Source of the DNA: a virus | Taxonomy: Duplodnaviria; Heunggongvirae; Uroviricota; Caudoviricetes | Virus record (IMG/VR): IMGVR_UViG_2737471829_000005 | Length of the DNA: 44,545 nt | Direction: 5' to 3' (one strand) | Shown here: positions 7,910 to 17,237 of the stretch, one piece after another | How positions within the stretch are numbered: position 1 is the first letter of the stretch | How the letters are laid out: each line of letters opens with the position of its first letter | The notes under the pieces: model-generated | The model's input: the letters and a program-made list of their open reading frames with translations, nothing else | Told to the model about the DNA's origin: nothing | Databases searched by the model: none | Made by a program: the position numbers and the translations under genes

Positions 7910-8887
7910 TTAATGTTGGAGTGATTTCCAGGTCTTTCTTAGCCTGTTATAACGCTGCTCAACGAGGGATCGTAAATATGCAAGGTCAGCACCAGGATAC
8001 ATGCCATCAGCAAATTCCTGGCTAACCTCTCTAGTGATTTGATGACGAAGTTCGGCCTCTCCCTTTTCCTGAACAAGACGCGCAGCTCTCTCCGCTGCTT
8101 TCTGTTTTGCCTTTATCTCTCTGGCCGTCTTCCTCTGACGCCATACATTCTCCATCTGCTCCTGAATAACAATACGCTTATAATCAGCCTCCGTTATCGC
8201 TTTTTTAAGCCGTTCGCTATTCTTCGCATTGAAGTAATTAAGTTTCTGGCTAACCGCACGTCTCCATGCTTGTTCAGTAATACCAACGGTTTCCAGCAGT
8301 TGATCACGAATCTCTATTTTCGCTGGCCAATACTGTTTATTCACCCGATCCCAGCGACGTTCATAATCAATAAAACCTAACGCTTTCAGTTGCGACAACG
8401 CCCTTGTACAGCGCGTTATAGACTTGTTCCCAGCTTCGGATACGGTAGACAGGCCGCAAAAATCAGCCAACGCCTCAGCACTAGCCAGAACCCGCTTAGA
8501 AATGATGTTTACATGGTGCAAAATCGCAGCGATCACAGCATTAATCGCCCGACGACGATGCTCGTTTATCCGGCGCTTCCGCTCTGACGGTTGATTAACG
8601 TAGAACGCAACCTCACACGTAAGATCACGCCCATTAATGCGCTGTAAAGCATCAGATAACACCAGCGGCAGCTTGTGCGTATGGTGCTTTGGAGGCTGGA
8701 ACTCCGGCGACAAATTACAAACGTAAGCTGAACGTAGAGACGGCATTGGTCTATCCATATGTTCGCTCTTGCGTCCACGGAAAACCAACGTATAATGGGA
8801 GTTGTCGAGGCGCCCATGGTTAATTGTTGGTTTTCCGTGGATGTCGCAAGAAGCCCGCAGATTTATCTGCGGGCTTTTTGTTTCCAT
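7910..8887 (-). CDS. repA: Replication initiator RepA, IncFII (RepA1) family; true start may be internal near 8758
   Basis: Central block CGLSTVSEAGNKSITRCTRALSQLKALGFIDY matches the conserved core of IncFII RepA1 as recalled; basic coiled C-terminus. Confidence 0.75.
   Translation of the reverse strand: METKSPQINLRASCDIHGKPTINHGRLDNSHYTLVFRGRKSEHMDRPMPSLRSAYVCNLSPEFQPPKHHTHKLPLVLSDALQRINGRDLTCEVAFYVNQPSERKRRINEHRRRAINAVIAAILHHVNIISKRVLASAEALADFCGLSTVSEAGNKSITRCTRALSQLKALGFIDYERRWDRVNKQYWPAKIEIRDQLLETVGITEQAWRRAVSQKLNYFNAKNSERLKKAITEADYKRIVIQEQMENVWRQRKTAREIKAKQKAAERAARLVQEKGEAELRHQITREVSQEFADGMYPGADLAYLRSLVEQRYNRLRKTWKSLQH
8769..8796 (+). promoter_or_regulatory. Near-consensus sigma70 promoter antisense to the repA 5' region
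   Basis: TTGCGT, 16-bp spacer, TATAAT. Confidence 0.55.
8803..8880 (+). ncRNA. Candidate CopA-like antisense RNA of about 78 nt
   Basis: Promoter 8769-8796 and strong terminator 8853-8883 bracket a short plus-strand transcript antisense to the repA 5' end. Confidence 0.5.
8853..8883 (+). terminator. Intrinsic terminator of the candidate antisense RNA
   Basis: gcccgcag-atttat-ctgcgggc followed by TTTTTGTTT. Confidence 0.65.
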
Positions 8888-8922
8888 ATCTGGTCACTTT
8901 CCAACCAGACACCCACAATCAT

Positions 8923-8939
8923 AACCACGTTACGTGGTT
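8923..8939. promoter_or_regulatory. Perfect 8-bp inverted repeat aaccacgt-t-acgtggtt upstream of repA; operator candidate
   Basis: Palindrome read directly; two GATC sites nearby at 8982-9000. Confidence 0.35.
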
Positions 8940-9068
8940 TTAAGAGAACTCTACCACAACACTTTCGGTCATGCACGAAGTCTCTCACTGATCGAACGAT
9001 AATCCACCAGTAAAAGGATCTAAATTGGATCTCGTTTTGCGAGCATCATACTACTGGCCTAACTCCAG

Positions 9069-9623
9069 TCAATGATTCCCAGCCGGAAACCTGCGGTAAA
9101 GCGTGGATAAGGTAACATCGAAGATAATCGCTATCCGCTTACGTGAAACACCATTCGCAATAAGCCTTCCGATCTGTTCCCATTGCTCTGGTGCCAGCTT
9201 TGAGCGACGTCCTCCTATCCTGCCGTTAGCCCTTGCCACCGCCAATCCTGCACGCGTTCTTTCAATCATATTTTCCCGCTCCATCTCTGCGACTGCACTC
9301 AGCATCGTGTAGGCAAAGCGGCCAATTGAAGTGCTAATTTTTATCCCTTCCGTAATCGAAATAAACTCAATGTTGTTTGATAAAAAATGGTTAAGTAAAT
9401 CAACAAGATGAATCAGAGAACGCCCCATTCGATCCAGCTTCCAGACAATAACCGTATCGCCCGGCCGTAGCACCTTAAGTAGCTTATCAAGCCCTGGCCG
9501 TTTTGATTTAGCACCGGATATTTTATCTTCAAAAATCCGGTCACATCCTGAACTCCTGAGCGCCTCCAGTTGTAATTCCAAATTCTGGTCAAAAGTTGAC
9601 ACCCTCGCATAACCATATTGCAT
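9069..9623 (-). CDS. Serine DNA invertase of the Cin/Gin/Hin/Pin family
   Basis: 184-aa ORF starting MQYGYARVSTFDQ with catalytic serine context and C-terminal HTH; lies next to an inverted-repeat-flanked tail-fibre segment. Confidence 0.9.
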   Translation of the reverse strand: MQYGYARVSTFDQNLELQLEALRSSGCDRIFEDKISGAKSKRPGLDKLLKVLRPGDTVIVWKLDRMGRSLIHLVDLLNHFLSNNIEFISITEGIKISTSIGRFAYTMLSAVAEMERENMIERTRAGLAVARANGRIGGRRSKLAPEQWEQIGRLIANGVSRKRIAIIFDVTLSTLYRRFPAGNH

Positions 9624-9696
9624 ACTTTCTAAACCGCGATTGTTGCTAAAAGCGGGAAAAAATATCGTTCAGACGACACAGAGGCAATTCGCAAAA

Positions 9697-9769
9697 ACCT
9701 CGGTTTACAGGAAACGGTAAATCAGGCTTCTGGTGCGTTGCAGAAAAACCAGAATGGCGCAGATATTCC
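9697..9769. repeat. Left inverted repeat of the invertible segment; contains the crossover site
   Basis: 73 bp, reverse complement identical to 12679-12751. Confidence 0.85.
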
Positions 9770-10658
9770 GGGAAAAGATACCTTCACCAAAAATATTGGG
9801 GCCTGCCGCGCATATAGCGCATGGCTGAATATTGGTGGCGATAGTCAGGTCTGGACAACCGCGCAATTTATTTCGTGGCTGGAGAGTCAGGGAGCATTTA
9901 ACCATCCTTACTGGATGTGCAAAGGCTCATGGGCTTATGCAAATAATAAGGTCATTACAGATACAGGTTGCGGAAATATTTGTCTTGCAGGTGCTGTGGT
10001 GGAAGTTATTGGCACTCGCGGCGCAATGACCATACGCGTTACCACGCCGAGCACGTCCAGCGGTGGCGGAATTACTAACGCTCAATTCACTTATATTAAT
10101 CATGGTGATGCTTATGCTCCTGGCTGGCGACGAGACTACAACACGAAAAATCAACAACCTGCATTTGCTTTAGGGCAAACAGGAAGCACTGTCGGAAATG
10201 ATAAAGCTGTTGGCTGGAACTGGAATAGCGGGGTCTATAACGCAAACATTGGTGGCGCATCGACATTAATCCTCCACTTCAATATGAATGCGGGGAGCTG
10301 CCCTGCTGTACAGTTCCGCGTGAATTACAGGAACGGCGGCATTTTTTATCGTTCAGCGCGTGATGGTTATGGATTTGAGGCTGACTGGTCAGAGTTTTAC
10401 ACCACGACCCGCAAACCCTCTGCGGGAGATGTTGGTGCATACACGCAGGCAGAATGTAACTCAAGGTTTATTACAGGTATTCGCCTTGGCGGTCTGTCAT
10501 CTGTTCAGACATGGAATGGCCCCGGCTGGTCTGACAGGTCAGGTTATGTCGTTACGGGTTCAGTTAACGGAAACCGTGATGAATTAATTGATACAACACA
10601 GGCAAGGCCAATTCAGTATTGCATTAATGGGACGTGGTATAACGCGGGGAGTATTTAA
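9738..10658 (+). CDS. Alternative tail-fibre C-terminal variable segment (Sv'); silent in this orientation
   Basis: Shares the junction peptide ASGALQKNQNGADIP and a similar C-terminus (PIQ.YINGTWYN) with the expressed fibre; no own promoter or start. Confidence 0.75.
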   Translation: MQKNQNGADIPGKDTFTKNIGACRAYSAWLNIGGDSQVWTTAQFISWLESQGAFNHPYWMCKGSWAYANNKVITDTGCGNICLAGAVVEVIGTRGAMTIRVTTPSTSSGGGITNAQFTYINHGDAYAPGWRRDYNTKNQQPAFALGQTGSTVGNDKAVGWNWNSGVYNANIGGASTLILHFNMNAGSCPAVQFRVNYRNGGIFYRSARDGYGFEADWSEFYTTTRKPSAGDVGAYTQAECNSRFITGIRLGGLSSVQTWNGPGWSDRSGYVVTGSVNGNRDELIDTTQARPIQYCINGTWYNAGSI

Positions 10659-10660
10659 CG

Positions 10661-11194
10661 ATGATGCACTTAAAAAACATTACTGCTGGCAACCCTAAAA
10701 CAAAAGAGCAATACCAGCTAACAAAGCAATTTAACATCAAATGGCTTTATTCAGATGATGGAAAAAACTGGTATGAGGAACAAAAGAATTTCCAGCCAGA
10801 CACTTTGAAAATGGTCTATGACCATAACGGCGTTATTATTTGTATTGAAAAGGATGTTTCAGCAATTAATCCGGAAGGCGCAAGCGTCGTTGAATTACCT
10901 GATATTACAGCAAATCGCCGGGCTGATATTTCGGGGAAATGGTTGTTCAAAGATGGCGTAGTGATAAAGCGAACTTATACCGAGGAAGAGCAGAGGCAAC
11001 AAGCGGAAAATGAAAAGCAAAGCCTGCTACAGCTCGTCAGGGATAAAACCCAGCTATGGGACTCACAGCTACGGCTGGGTATCATTTCCAACGAGAATAA
11101 ACAAAAATTAACCGAGTGGATGCTCTATGCGCAGAAGGTCGAATCCACAGACACCTCCAGCCTGCCAGTAACGTTTCCAGAACAACCAGAATGA
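10661..11194 (+). CDS. Tail-fibre assembly chaperone (U'), alternative copy
   Basis: 177 aa; paralogue of 11223-11750. Confidence 0.8.
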   Translation: MMHLKNITAGNPKTKEQYQLTKQFNIKWLYSDDGKNWYEEQKNFQPDTLKMVYDHNGVIICIEKDVSAINPEGASVVELPDITANRRADISGKWLFKDGVVIKRTYTEEEQRQQAENEKQSLLQLVRDKTQLWDSQLRLGIISNENKQKLTEWMLYAQKVESTDTSSLPVTFPEQPE

Positions 11195-11197
11195 AAC

Positions 11198-11226
11198 AAG
11201 GCCCGCTATCGGGCCTTAATTTTTAT
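11198..11226. terminator. Bidirectional terminator between the convergent chaperone genes
   Basis: aaggcccg-ctat-cgggcctt followed by a T-rich run. Confidence 0.55.
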
Positions 11227-11750
11227 TCAGGCTTTTGTGGCCATTCAGGATTTGCCGTATCCACACGGCTGACCAGAACGCTGTAGCGTTCCCATGCTTC
11301 CAGTCGTGTGCGTTCCTCGTCTGTTGCCATATTCAGCCTGACAGCGCGTTCCAGCGGCTGGATGACTGATTCAGCTTCGGAAATCAACGCGGCCTTTTGT
11401 GATTCGGCCTGTTGTTGCTGTTCGTCAGCCGTATAAATCCGCTTAATCACAGCACCATCCTTAAACATCCATTTACCTGAGTCATCAGCACGTCGGTTGG
11501 CGGTAATATCAGGAACCTCGACAACGCTAAAACCTTCAGGGTTAAGCGTGGAGGCATCTTTGGTGATGGCGGCAATAATATTATTTTCGTCGTATACAAT
11601 CTTTATGGTGTCGTCCTGAAAGTTATTTACTTCCTCATACCAGTTTTTACCGTCTTCTGTATATAACCAGATAACATCAAAATTCTTTGTTAGCTGATAT
11701 TGCTCTTTTGTTTTTGGATTTCCTGACTTAATATTTTTTAAATGCTGCAT
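11223..11750 (-). CDS. Tail-fibre assembly chaperone (U), expressed copy
   Basis: 175 aa; paralogue of U'; directly downstream of the tail-fibre gene. Confidence 0.8.
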   Translation of the reverse strand: MQHLKNIKSGNPKTKEQYQLTKNFDVIWLYTEDGKNWYEEVNNFQDDTIKIVYDENNIIAAITKDASTLNPEGFSVVEVPDITANRRADDSGKWMFKDGAVIKRIYTADEQQQQAESQKAALISEAESVIQPLERAVRLNMATDEERTRLEAWERYSVLVSRVDTANPEWPQKPE

Positions 11751-11753
11751 AAT

Positions 11754-14108
11754 TTACACCTGTGCGACGTTATACCATGTGCCATTGATGTATTTTTGTA
11801 TTGGTCTGAAGATGGCTTCATCATCGCCATCTACTTCACCAATGATTCTTAATCCGGTAATTGCGTGTCCGGCTTTTTCATAACGACCACCACGCGCCAT
11901 CAATTGAACAACACGCGTACCCAGGCGAACATCTTTCACATAACGGGAATCAAAGTTACCGTAATCCGAGGGGTTAACACGCCCTGTAATATTTATGGTT
12001 TTATTACTTTGAATGCTGCCGGAGACAAAGCGCATAACATGGACGTTATTAGCATAAACGTCCAGATTACCGTCGCCATTTTGTTTAAAGCCCGTGTCAT
12101 TATCACCCAAAACAATCGAGTTACCGCCAAGAGCACTGGATGTTCCGATGCCCAGTGCACCATTCAATTGACCTCCAGATAATGACAACGCCCCAACATC
12201 AGCAGCAGTCGGTTTAATGTGCGAACTGTAAATTACATATACAGTTCCATCTGTCAGGCCTTTTGGTTTATTCGCTGTATAAGTTGGTGATGTATGAATC
12301 GTTACGCTGGCGTTACTGGTATAATCCCACTGAATATTAACACCTGTGGCGTAATTACCTATTTCAACATAAACATCATAGGTATCACCGGATGTATTCA
12401 CCCATGCAAAATTAGTAAATCCAACCGATGTCCGTCGCCATAACGCACCAGTAAGACCTTTTGGATTTCCATTTCCCGCACGAAGAACAAGTTCAGATAT
12501 ACCAGCCTGCATAGGGGAGTTAACATTATATCCAGCACCACCAATCAGGCTTATGTAAACCACGGAACTGGCCTGGGGCATGGTTACAGTTGCCAGCCTG
12601 AACCATCCTGTACCACCACTAAAAGACATGGTTGTTGAATTTGTTGCTCCAATATTGCGCAGGAATAATCTTTTATCAGGAATATCTGCGCCATTCTGGT
12701 TTTTCTGCAACGCACCAGAAGCCTGATTTACCGTTTCCTGTAAACCGAGGTATTCGATAACGGCGGCAACGGTCGATTTCGCAAGAATATCCCGCCCGAC
12801 TTTTGTCAGAGTTGCCAGGCTGGCGACATCATTCCCCGTAAAATACGGAAACCTGTCTGCCGCAGTAGCAAGCCCGGCCAGCGCCGTCAGGGTGGCATCT
12901 TTCGGTTGCTTACCCGCAAGCGCGTTAGTCATGGTGGTCGCAAAATTCGGGTCGTTGCCCAACGCCGCAGCCAGCTCGTTCAGCGTATTTAGTGCGTCAG
13001 GCGACGAGTCCACGAGGGCAGCGATCGCAGCCATAACATAAGCCGTGCTTGCGATCTGAGTATTGTTAGTACCTTTTGGCGCAGTTGGTGTTGTTGGTGT
13101 TCCGGTCAGCGCAGGACTGTTTAAGGGCGCTTTCTTGTTCGTTTCATCCATTACCGCCTTAACAGCTTTTGGTGTCGCAGCCAGCGTTTCAGACGTGCTG
13201 TTAGTGGCACTACTGAGCTGAGTTATTCCCCTTACAGTCAGTGAAGCTACAGGCACATTTGTTATCTGCTCCCACGAATGCGTGTGATTGGACGGAGCCT
13301 TTCCGGCCGCAAGATCATACGCTGCCTTAACAGCCTTTGGTGTTGCTGCTAGCGTTTCAGACGTGCTGTTGGTGGCACTACTGAGCTGAACAATCCCTTT
13401 TCGCGCTGTGGTAGCGTCCTGTGCGGTGTATTTAGCGTTAGCAAGGTCATATGCTGCCTTAACAGCCTTAGGCGTCGCAGCAAGCGTTTCAGACGCGCTA
13501 TTGGTGGCGCTGCTAAGTTGAACAAAGCCTTTTGAGGTTAAAGTTGCATCAGGATGATTACGTGATTGCTCATGTTTCACAATGGCTTGCTTAAGCCGCT
13601 TTGCTGAAACAGCAAGGGAATCATCTGTACCTGCCTCAATTTCTTGTTCATTAGCAAATCTTGCCACCCCAACAACAGTTTCGGTCGCGGGAGGATTAAT
13701 AAACTCAATATCACCAAATGTAATATTTTTAGTATCAAGAGTCTTAATTGCTATATCACTTGATATTAAAGCGATAGTAGATGATGCTTTATTTATTATT
13801 GCTTGTTCTTGTGAGTATACAGCAAACAACGCCCCCTTATTCGTATACAATCCTATTGTATGGACAACATACTCATCTTTACTATCATCCTTCGCTGTTA
13901 CATGAATTGTATCAGGGGAAACAACTTTGCCACCTATTGTGGTAAGTCGTTTTATTTCGTTTGTTATATTTGTTTGTGAGGTTGACGTGACATAATATCT
14001 ACTACCTAAACCAACAGAAACAATCTCAACTTTATTTGTTCCTGTTTTGTTGGCATTAACCAGCTCCTGACGCCCGGCGTCAGTCATCGTAAATAATAAT
14101 TTACTCAC
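11754..14108 (-). CDS. Tail fibre protein (S); constant N-terminal part outside, variable C-terminal part inside the invertible segment
   Basis: 784 aa; repeat-rich; crossover repeat lies inside the ORF at 12679-12751. Confidence 0.85.
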   Translation of the reverse strand: MSKLLFTMTDAGRQELVNANKTGTNKVEIVSVGLGSRYYVTSTSQTNITNEIKRLTTIGGKVVSPDTIHVTAKDDSKDEYVVHTIGLYTNKGALFAVYSQEQAIINKASSTIALISSDIAIKTLDTKNITFGDIEFINPPATETVVGVARFANEQEIEAGTDDSLAVSAKRLKQAIVKHEQSRNHPDATLTSKGFVQLSSATNSASETLAATPKAVKAAYDLANAKYTAQDATTARKGIVQLSSATNSTSETLAATPKAVKAAYDLAAGKAPSNHTHSWEQITNVPVASLTVRGITQLSSATNSTSETLAATPKAVKAVMDETNKKAPLNSPALTGTPTTPTAPKGTNNTQIASTAYVMAAIAALVDSSPDALNTLNELAAALGNDPNFATTMTNALAGKQPKDATLTALAGLATAADRFPYFTGNDVASLATLTKVGRDILAKSTVAAVIEYLGLQETVNQASGALQKNQNGADIPDKRLFLRNIGATNSTTMSFSGGTGWFRLATVTMPQASSVVYISLIGGAGYNVNSPMQAGISELVLRAGNGNPKGLTGALWRRTSVGFTNFAWVNTSGDTYDVYVEIGNYATGVNIQWDYTSNASVTIHTSPTYTANKPKGLTDGTVYVIYSSHIKPTAADVGALSLSGGQLNGALGIGTSSALGGNSIVLGDNDTGFKQNGDGNLDVYANNVHVMRFVSGSIQSNKTINITGRVNPSDYGNFDSRYVKDVRLGTRVVQLMARGGRYEKAGHAITGLRIIGEVDGDDEAIFRPIQKYINGTWYNVAQV
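12679..12751. repeat. Right inverted repeat of the invertible segment, inside the tail-fibre ORF
   Basis: Reverse complement identical to 9697-9769. Confidence 0.85.
13156..13527 (-). repeat. Three tandem coding repeats (about 70 nt conserved cores) inside the tail-fibre gene
   Basis: Encode the repeated peptide SSATNS.SETLAATPKAVKA. Confidence 0.7.
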
Positions 14109-14138
14109 GCTTAATTCCTTGAATTAACAAATTGCGAA

Positions 14139-14720
14139 TTAGCACTCGCCAATTAATCGTACATAAGACACAGGCTGACAAGCACCAACAATACCGACAC
14201 CACCAGAAACATTGGCTGCTTGCGAAAATGTAAATAATGTTCTTGCCGACTTTGCGCTCTTGATACTTCTTAACGTATCTTCCAACATTTCTTTCGAAGG
14301 AACGGCACCATCAAAAGAGTTAATCGAAGCAACAATTGAGGCTGTATATGGCTCGCCAGGTGGTGATGTTTCAAACCATTCTGTTATGTTTACCTCTCCA
14401 CCCAAGCTATTTACTACATCTTCAACCGCTGCCCTTGTACCCTTTATTCGCTTTGTTCGTATTATTGATTTAAAAACAGAACGCTTTAACGATACAGGCC
14501 AACTATCCCTCCATGTATCAGCATTCCATTGCCAAGCTAAATGATCGAGAACAACTGAGTCCAGGTTATCAACAACGCTATATATTTCTGTCTTATATAT
14601 TAAATTGTTAATTGCTTGTAGTTCATCATCGATAGCTTTCGACATAGCTATCACGTTCGGATCTCTAGCTAAGTTAGGAGGTAAAACATCCAACAAGCTA
14701 ACATTAAAGATATCAGCCAT
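14139..14720 (-). CDS. Baseplate/tail protein, P2 gpI family
   Basis: 193 aa; LAWQWNADTWRDSWP and ITEWFETSPPG resemble conserved gpI blocks. Confidence 0.8.
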   Translation of the reverse strand: MADIFNVSLLDVLPPNLARDPNVIAMSKAIDDELQAINNLIYKTEIYSVVDNLDSVVLDHLAWQWNADTWRDSWPVSLKRSVFKSIIRTKRIKGTRAAVEDVVNSLGGEVNITEWFETSPPGEPYTASIVASINSFDGAVPSKEMLEDTLRSIKSAKSARTLFTFSQAANVSGGVGIVGACQPVSYVRLIGEC

Positions 14721-15837
14721 CCTCTAACCCCGCATACTGGCAATTTATATTTCTCTCTCTGGCGACCTGCGTCTCTCCAACCACAGTAAATACAGGACTT
14801 GATATTTCTAATCTTTTAGCCCCAGCATTTTTTAAACGTTGAATAATTTCATCTGGATTTATATCTCTTCCCATAACCGAACGTTGCCATTGTTTATACT
14901 CATCAATAGCTTTCTCAACCTCACTTTGAATTAATGTTGTTCTGTTTTTGTCCGATGAGTTAATCCAGTATTTAATTACTATATCGTATTCAATGCTCTC
15001 TGGTTTCTTAACAAGAACTTTATCTGTGAATGGTCGAATATTAGTTGCAGAGAGAACGCTATTTATCTGCTCCAATAGTTCATCAGAAGGTATATCTCCG
15101 TTCTCTAACAAAGAACGGATTTCTACAGTTCCGGGCGATGGTGTATATACATTCACATCTTTTATATTCTGATTGGCTGTTCTTGTCCAATATTTATAAG
15201 AATCCTCCGGCCCTGCTGTAGACAGTTTTTCCGGCGACAGTTTTATTCTTTCAGCATAATTATCATCTGACTCTGTATCAGCACCAGAATTAGATGTTGT
15301 TAGATTCCTTACGCTGGAAACATACGGCAACGGAGTCACCAACTCATTTATTTGCCCTGGTAAAAAGCCATTCCCCGATAAACCAGGTATAACAGCATAT
15401 CCTGAGACTGTACCAACTGTTTTCCCAGCAGGTATTTCCAACAAAACATCTGTTTGGAAAATAACACCATTTCCAGTTGAAACTTGAGTGCCAGAAGGTA
15501 TTGTATATATCCCCGATAATTTTGTTGACAGATTAAACTCAAATGTAGTCAAGGCAGATTGAGCTTCCAGCCTAGGCGTATCCGTCAGATAGCCTATATG
15601 GTCGAGATATTCACCTTCACCATATGTAAGAAGGTTTTGTTTTGCAGAAAAATCGATAGCTTTTCTTTGCTGTATAATAATCTCACACAATGATAAGATG
15701 AATAATCTACGTGGATCAGCAGGTGCTAATGTTTCACCTGTTATACTCTCAAAAGCCCTGATTGAACGAGTTGTTATATCAGTCGGGTTAGAATCTGCGA
15801 AAGTAATATCTGGCAAACCACCACGCGGCAACGTCAT
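14713..15837 (-). CDS. Baseplate J-like protein (P2 gpJ / Mu gp47 family)
   Basis: 374 aa; position between W-like and I-like genes. Confidence 0.75.
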   Translation of the reverse strand: MTLPRGGLPDITFADSNPTDITTRSIRAFESITGETLAPADPRRLFILSLCEIIIQQRKAIDFSAKQNLLTYGEGEYLDHIGYLTDTPRLEAQSALTTFEFNLSTKLSGIYTIPSGTQVSTGNGVIFQTDVLLEIPAGKTVGTVSGYAVIPGLSGNGFLPGQINELVTPLPYVSSVRNLTTSNSGADTESDDNYAERIKLSPEKLSTAGPEDSYKYWTRTANQNIKDVNVYTPSPGTVEIRSLLENGDIPSDELLEQINSVLSATNIRPFTDKVLVKKPESIEYDIVIKYWINSSDKNRTTLIQSEVEKAIDEYKQWQRSVMGRDINPDEIIQRLKNAGAKRLEISSPVFTVVGETQVARERNINCQYAGLEDG

Positions 15838-16154
15838 TCTCTAACTCCTATCACAAGTTTTGGCCTAATAAAACCATCAGAAACGTCCGTTCTTTCAAAA
15901 GTAACAGAATGGATAATCGCTCTAGGCTCAAACTCACTAATTTTTTGAATTATTTCTCGTGTTGCTGTAGCAATAAAAATTGGACTGGGGCTATCAACAA
16001 GACTTGAATTAACTCCTAATTTTCTGGCATATGGTACAGTGCCAATCTGAGTATTAATAATAGTAGAGACATTTTGCAAAACTTCTTCTACAACTGTTTT
16101 GGGCGACCAATCAATCGAGTAAGAAGGTGATGATATGGTAAACGTATTATTCAT
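15834..16154 (-). CDS. Baseplate wedge protein (gpW / gp25-like)
   Basis: 106 aa; conserved position. Confidence 0.65.
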   Translation of the reverse strand: MNNTFTISSPSYSIDWSPKTVVEEVLQNVSTIINTQIGTVPYARKLGVNSSLVDSPSPIFIATATREIIQKISEFEPRAIIHSVTFERTDVSDGFIRPKLVIGVRE

Positions 16155-16618
16155 AATAATTTACCTAACGCACTTCTAGTTTTTGACTCTATATTGCCAG
16201 CAATATCAACTAATGCTTCTTTCAGAGAGGTCTGTCCGACTTCCTGTAATTTAATGCCGACGATAATCACTCGCGGATTCCCAGTTGGACCGAAATAAGT
16301 CCATGATTCCTCTATATCTGTAATTATAAAATTACCAAAATACTGAATACCAATTACAACAGGATTTACTTCCTGAATTGATTGCATTGTCCTAAGTAAT
16401 GAAAGCGCAGCCAATGGAACAATGCCAAGTGTTGTATCCAACCGCATATTAAAACTAACTTCATCCAGATCTGGACCTATATCCTCCAGAACAGGTTTAA
16501 GCCCAATAACATCATGGCGCGCTACACGACGCTTTGACGTCCTTTTAAAATTGTTGAACGTATTCACTACTATTGATGAGGCAACAAAAGGCATTGTACC
16601 AAGCATACCCACAATCAT
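16151..16618 (-). CDS. Baseplate/tail-associated protein, family uncertain
   Basis: 155 aa; coupled between V-like and W-like genes. Confidence 0.5.
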   Translation of the reverse strand: MIVGMLGTMPFVASSIVVNTFNNFKRTSKRRVARHDVIGLKPVLEDIGPDLDEVSFNMRLDTTLGIVPLAALSLLRTMQSIQEVNPVVIGIQYFGNFIITDIEESWTYFGPTGNPRVIIVGIKLQEVGQTSLKEALVDIAGNIESKTRSALGKLL

Positions 16619-17235
16619 GCCTGAGCCTCCGTTGTCGAAGCGTATTCCCCCTGAGCTGTGTGATGGTGGCCTTTAGATTTAATCCCATCAACATCTATAT
16701 CACCACCAACAACCTTAACATTCCCAGAAATTGTAGCTGCGACACCTCCAGCAGAAGATCCTTTCATTCCACCTTTGAAGGTTAGTAATCCTTCAACTGT
16801 AGCATTTCCGGTAATGATGGTTTCTGGAGCATCAATAGTTACGGTTCCTGTAGCCTTAACGGTTACATCTCCGACAGCATCAACAAGGAGTAAATTAGAT
16901 TCTCTGTCTATCTCAATACGAGTTCCGTTATTAAATCTAATGACGCGTTTATTAACAGTATTAGATGGCGGCTTCTGTGTTTCATCATAAAAACTACCAA
17001 GAATAAAACCTTGTTGCGGCCCTGCGGGATGAAAGATACACAAAACTTGCTCACCAATATCTGGCATCCAGTAATCAGCATTCTTATCTGTATTTTTCAC
17101 AATAACTGATAACTTTGCCGAAGTGACGTTATCCTGATCATCGAAAGTAACTCTTGCTGTAACATCACCATCATCAATATCAGAAACAACGCCAACTCTT
17201 ATAGTCTGACGTAATAATGTTTCTAAATCATTCAT
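16615..17235 (-). CDS. Baseplate assembly protein V-like (spike/hub)
   Basis: 206 aa; Gly-rich C-terminus typical of gpV-type spikes. Confidence 0.7.
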   Translation of the reverse strand: MNDLETLLRQTIRVGVVSDIDDGDVTARVTFDDQDNVTSAKLSVIVKNTDKNADYWMPDIGEQVLCIFHPAGPQQGFILGSFYDETQKPPSNTVNKRVIRFNNGTRIEIDRESNLLLVDAVGDVTVKATGTVTIDAPETIITGNATVEGLLTFKGGMKGSSAGGVAATISGNVKVVGGDIDVDGIKSKGHHHTAQGEYASTTEAQA

Positions 17236-17237
17236 AA

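Larger units (their letters stand above)
9697..12751. mobile_element. Invertible tail-fibre segment (P1 C-segment / Mu G-segment analogue)
   Basis: Flanked by perfect 73-bp inverted repeats; holds two opposed sets of variable tail-fibre C-terminus plus chaperone; invertase gene adjacent. Confidence 0.85.

Noticed and set aside
8039-8380. Antisense and shadow ORFs inside large genes (for example 8039-8380 in repA, 11865-12182 and 13582-13905 in the tail fibre, 18678-18932 and 19818-20069 in the tape measure, 29859-30455 in TerL, 43536-43934 in the DUF3560-like gene)
   Set aside because: They lie opposite or out of frame to long, well-supported genes, lack RBS signals, and have skewed composition typical of shadow frames.
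13156-13527. Tandem DNA repeats considered as a possible CRISPR-like or iteron array
   Set aside because: They lie inside the tail-fibre coding sequence and encode a repeated peptide. There are no unique spacers and no cas genes.
9738-14108. Diversity-generating retroelement targeting the tail fibre
   Set aside because: No reverse transcriptase ORF and no template/variable repeat pair with adenine-specific differences. Fibre variability is explained by the invertase-driven inversion.
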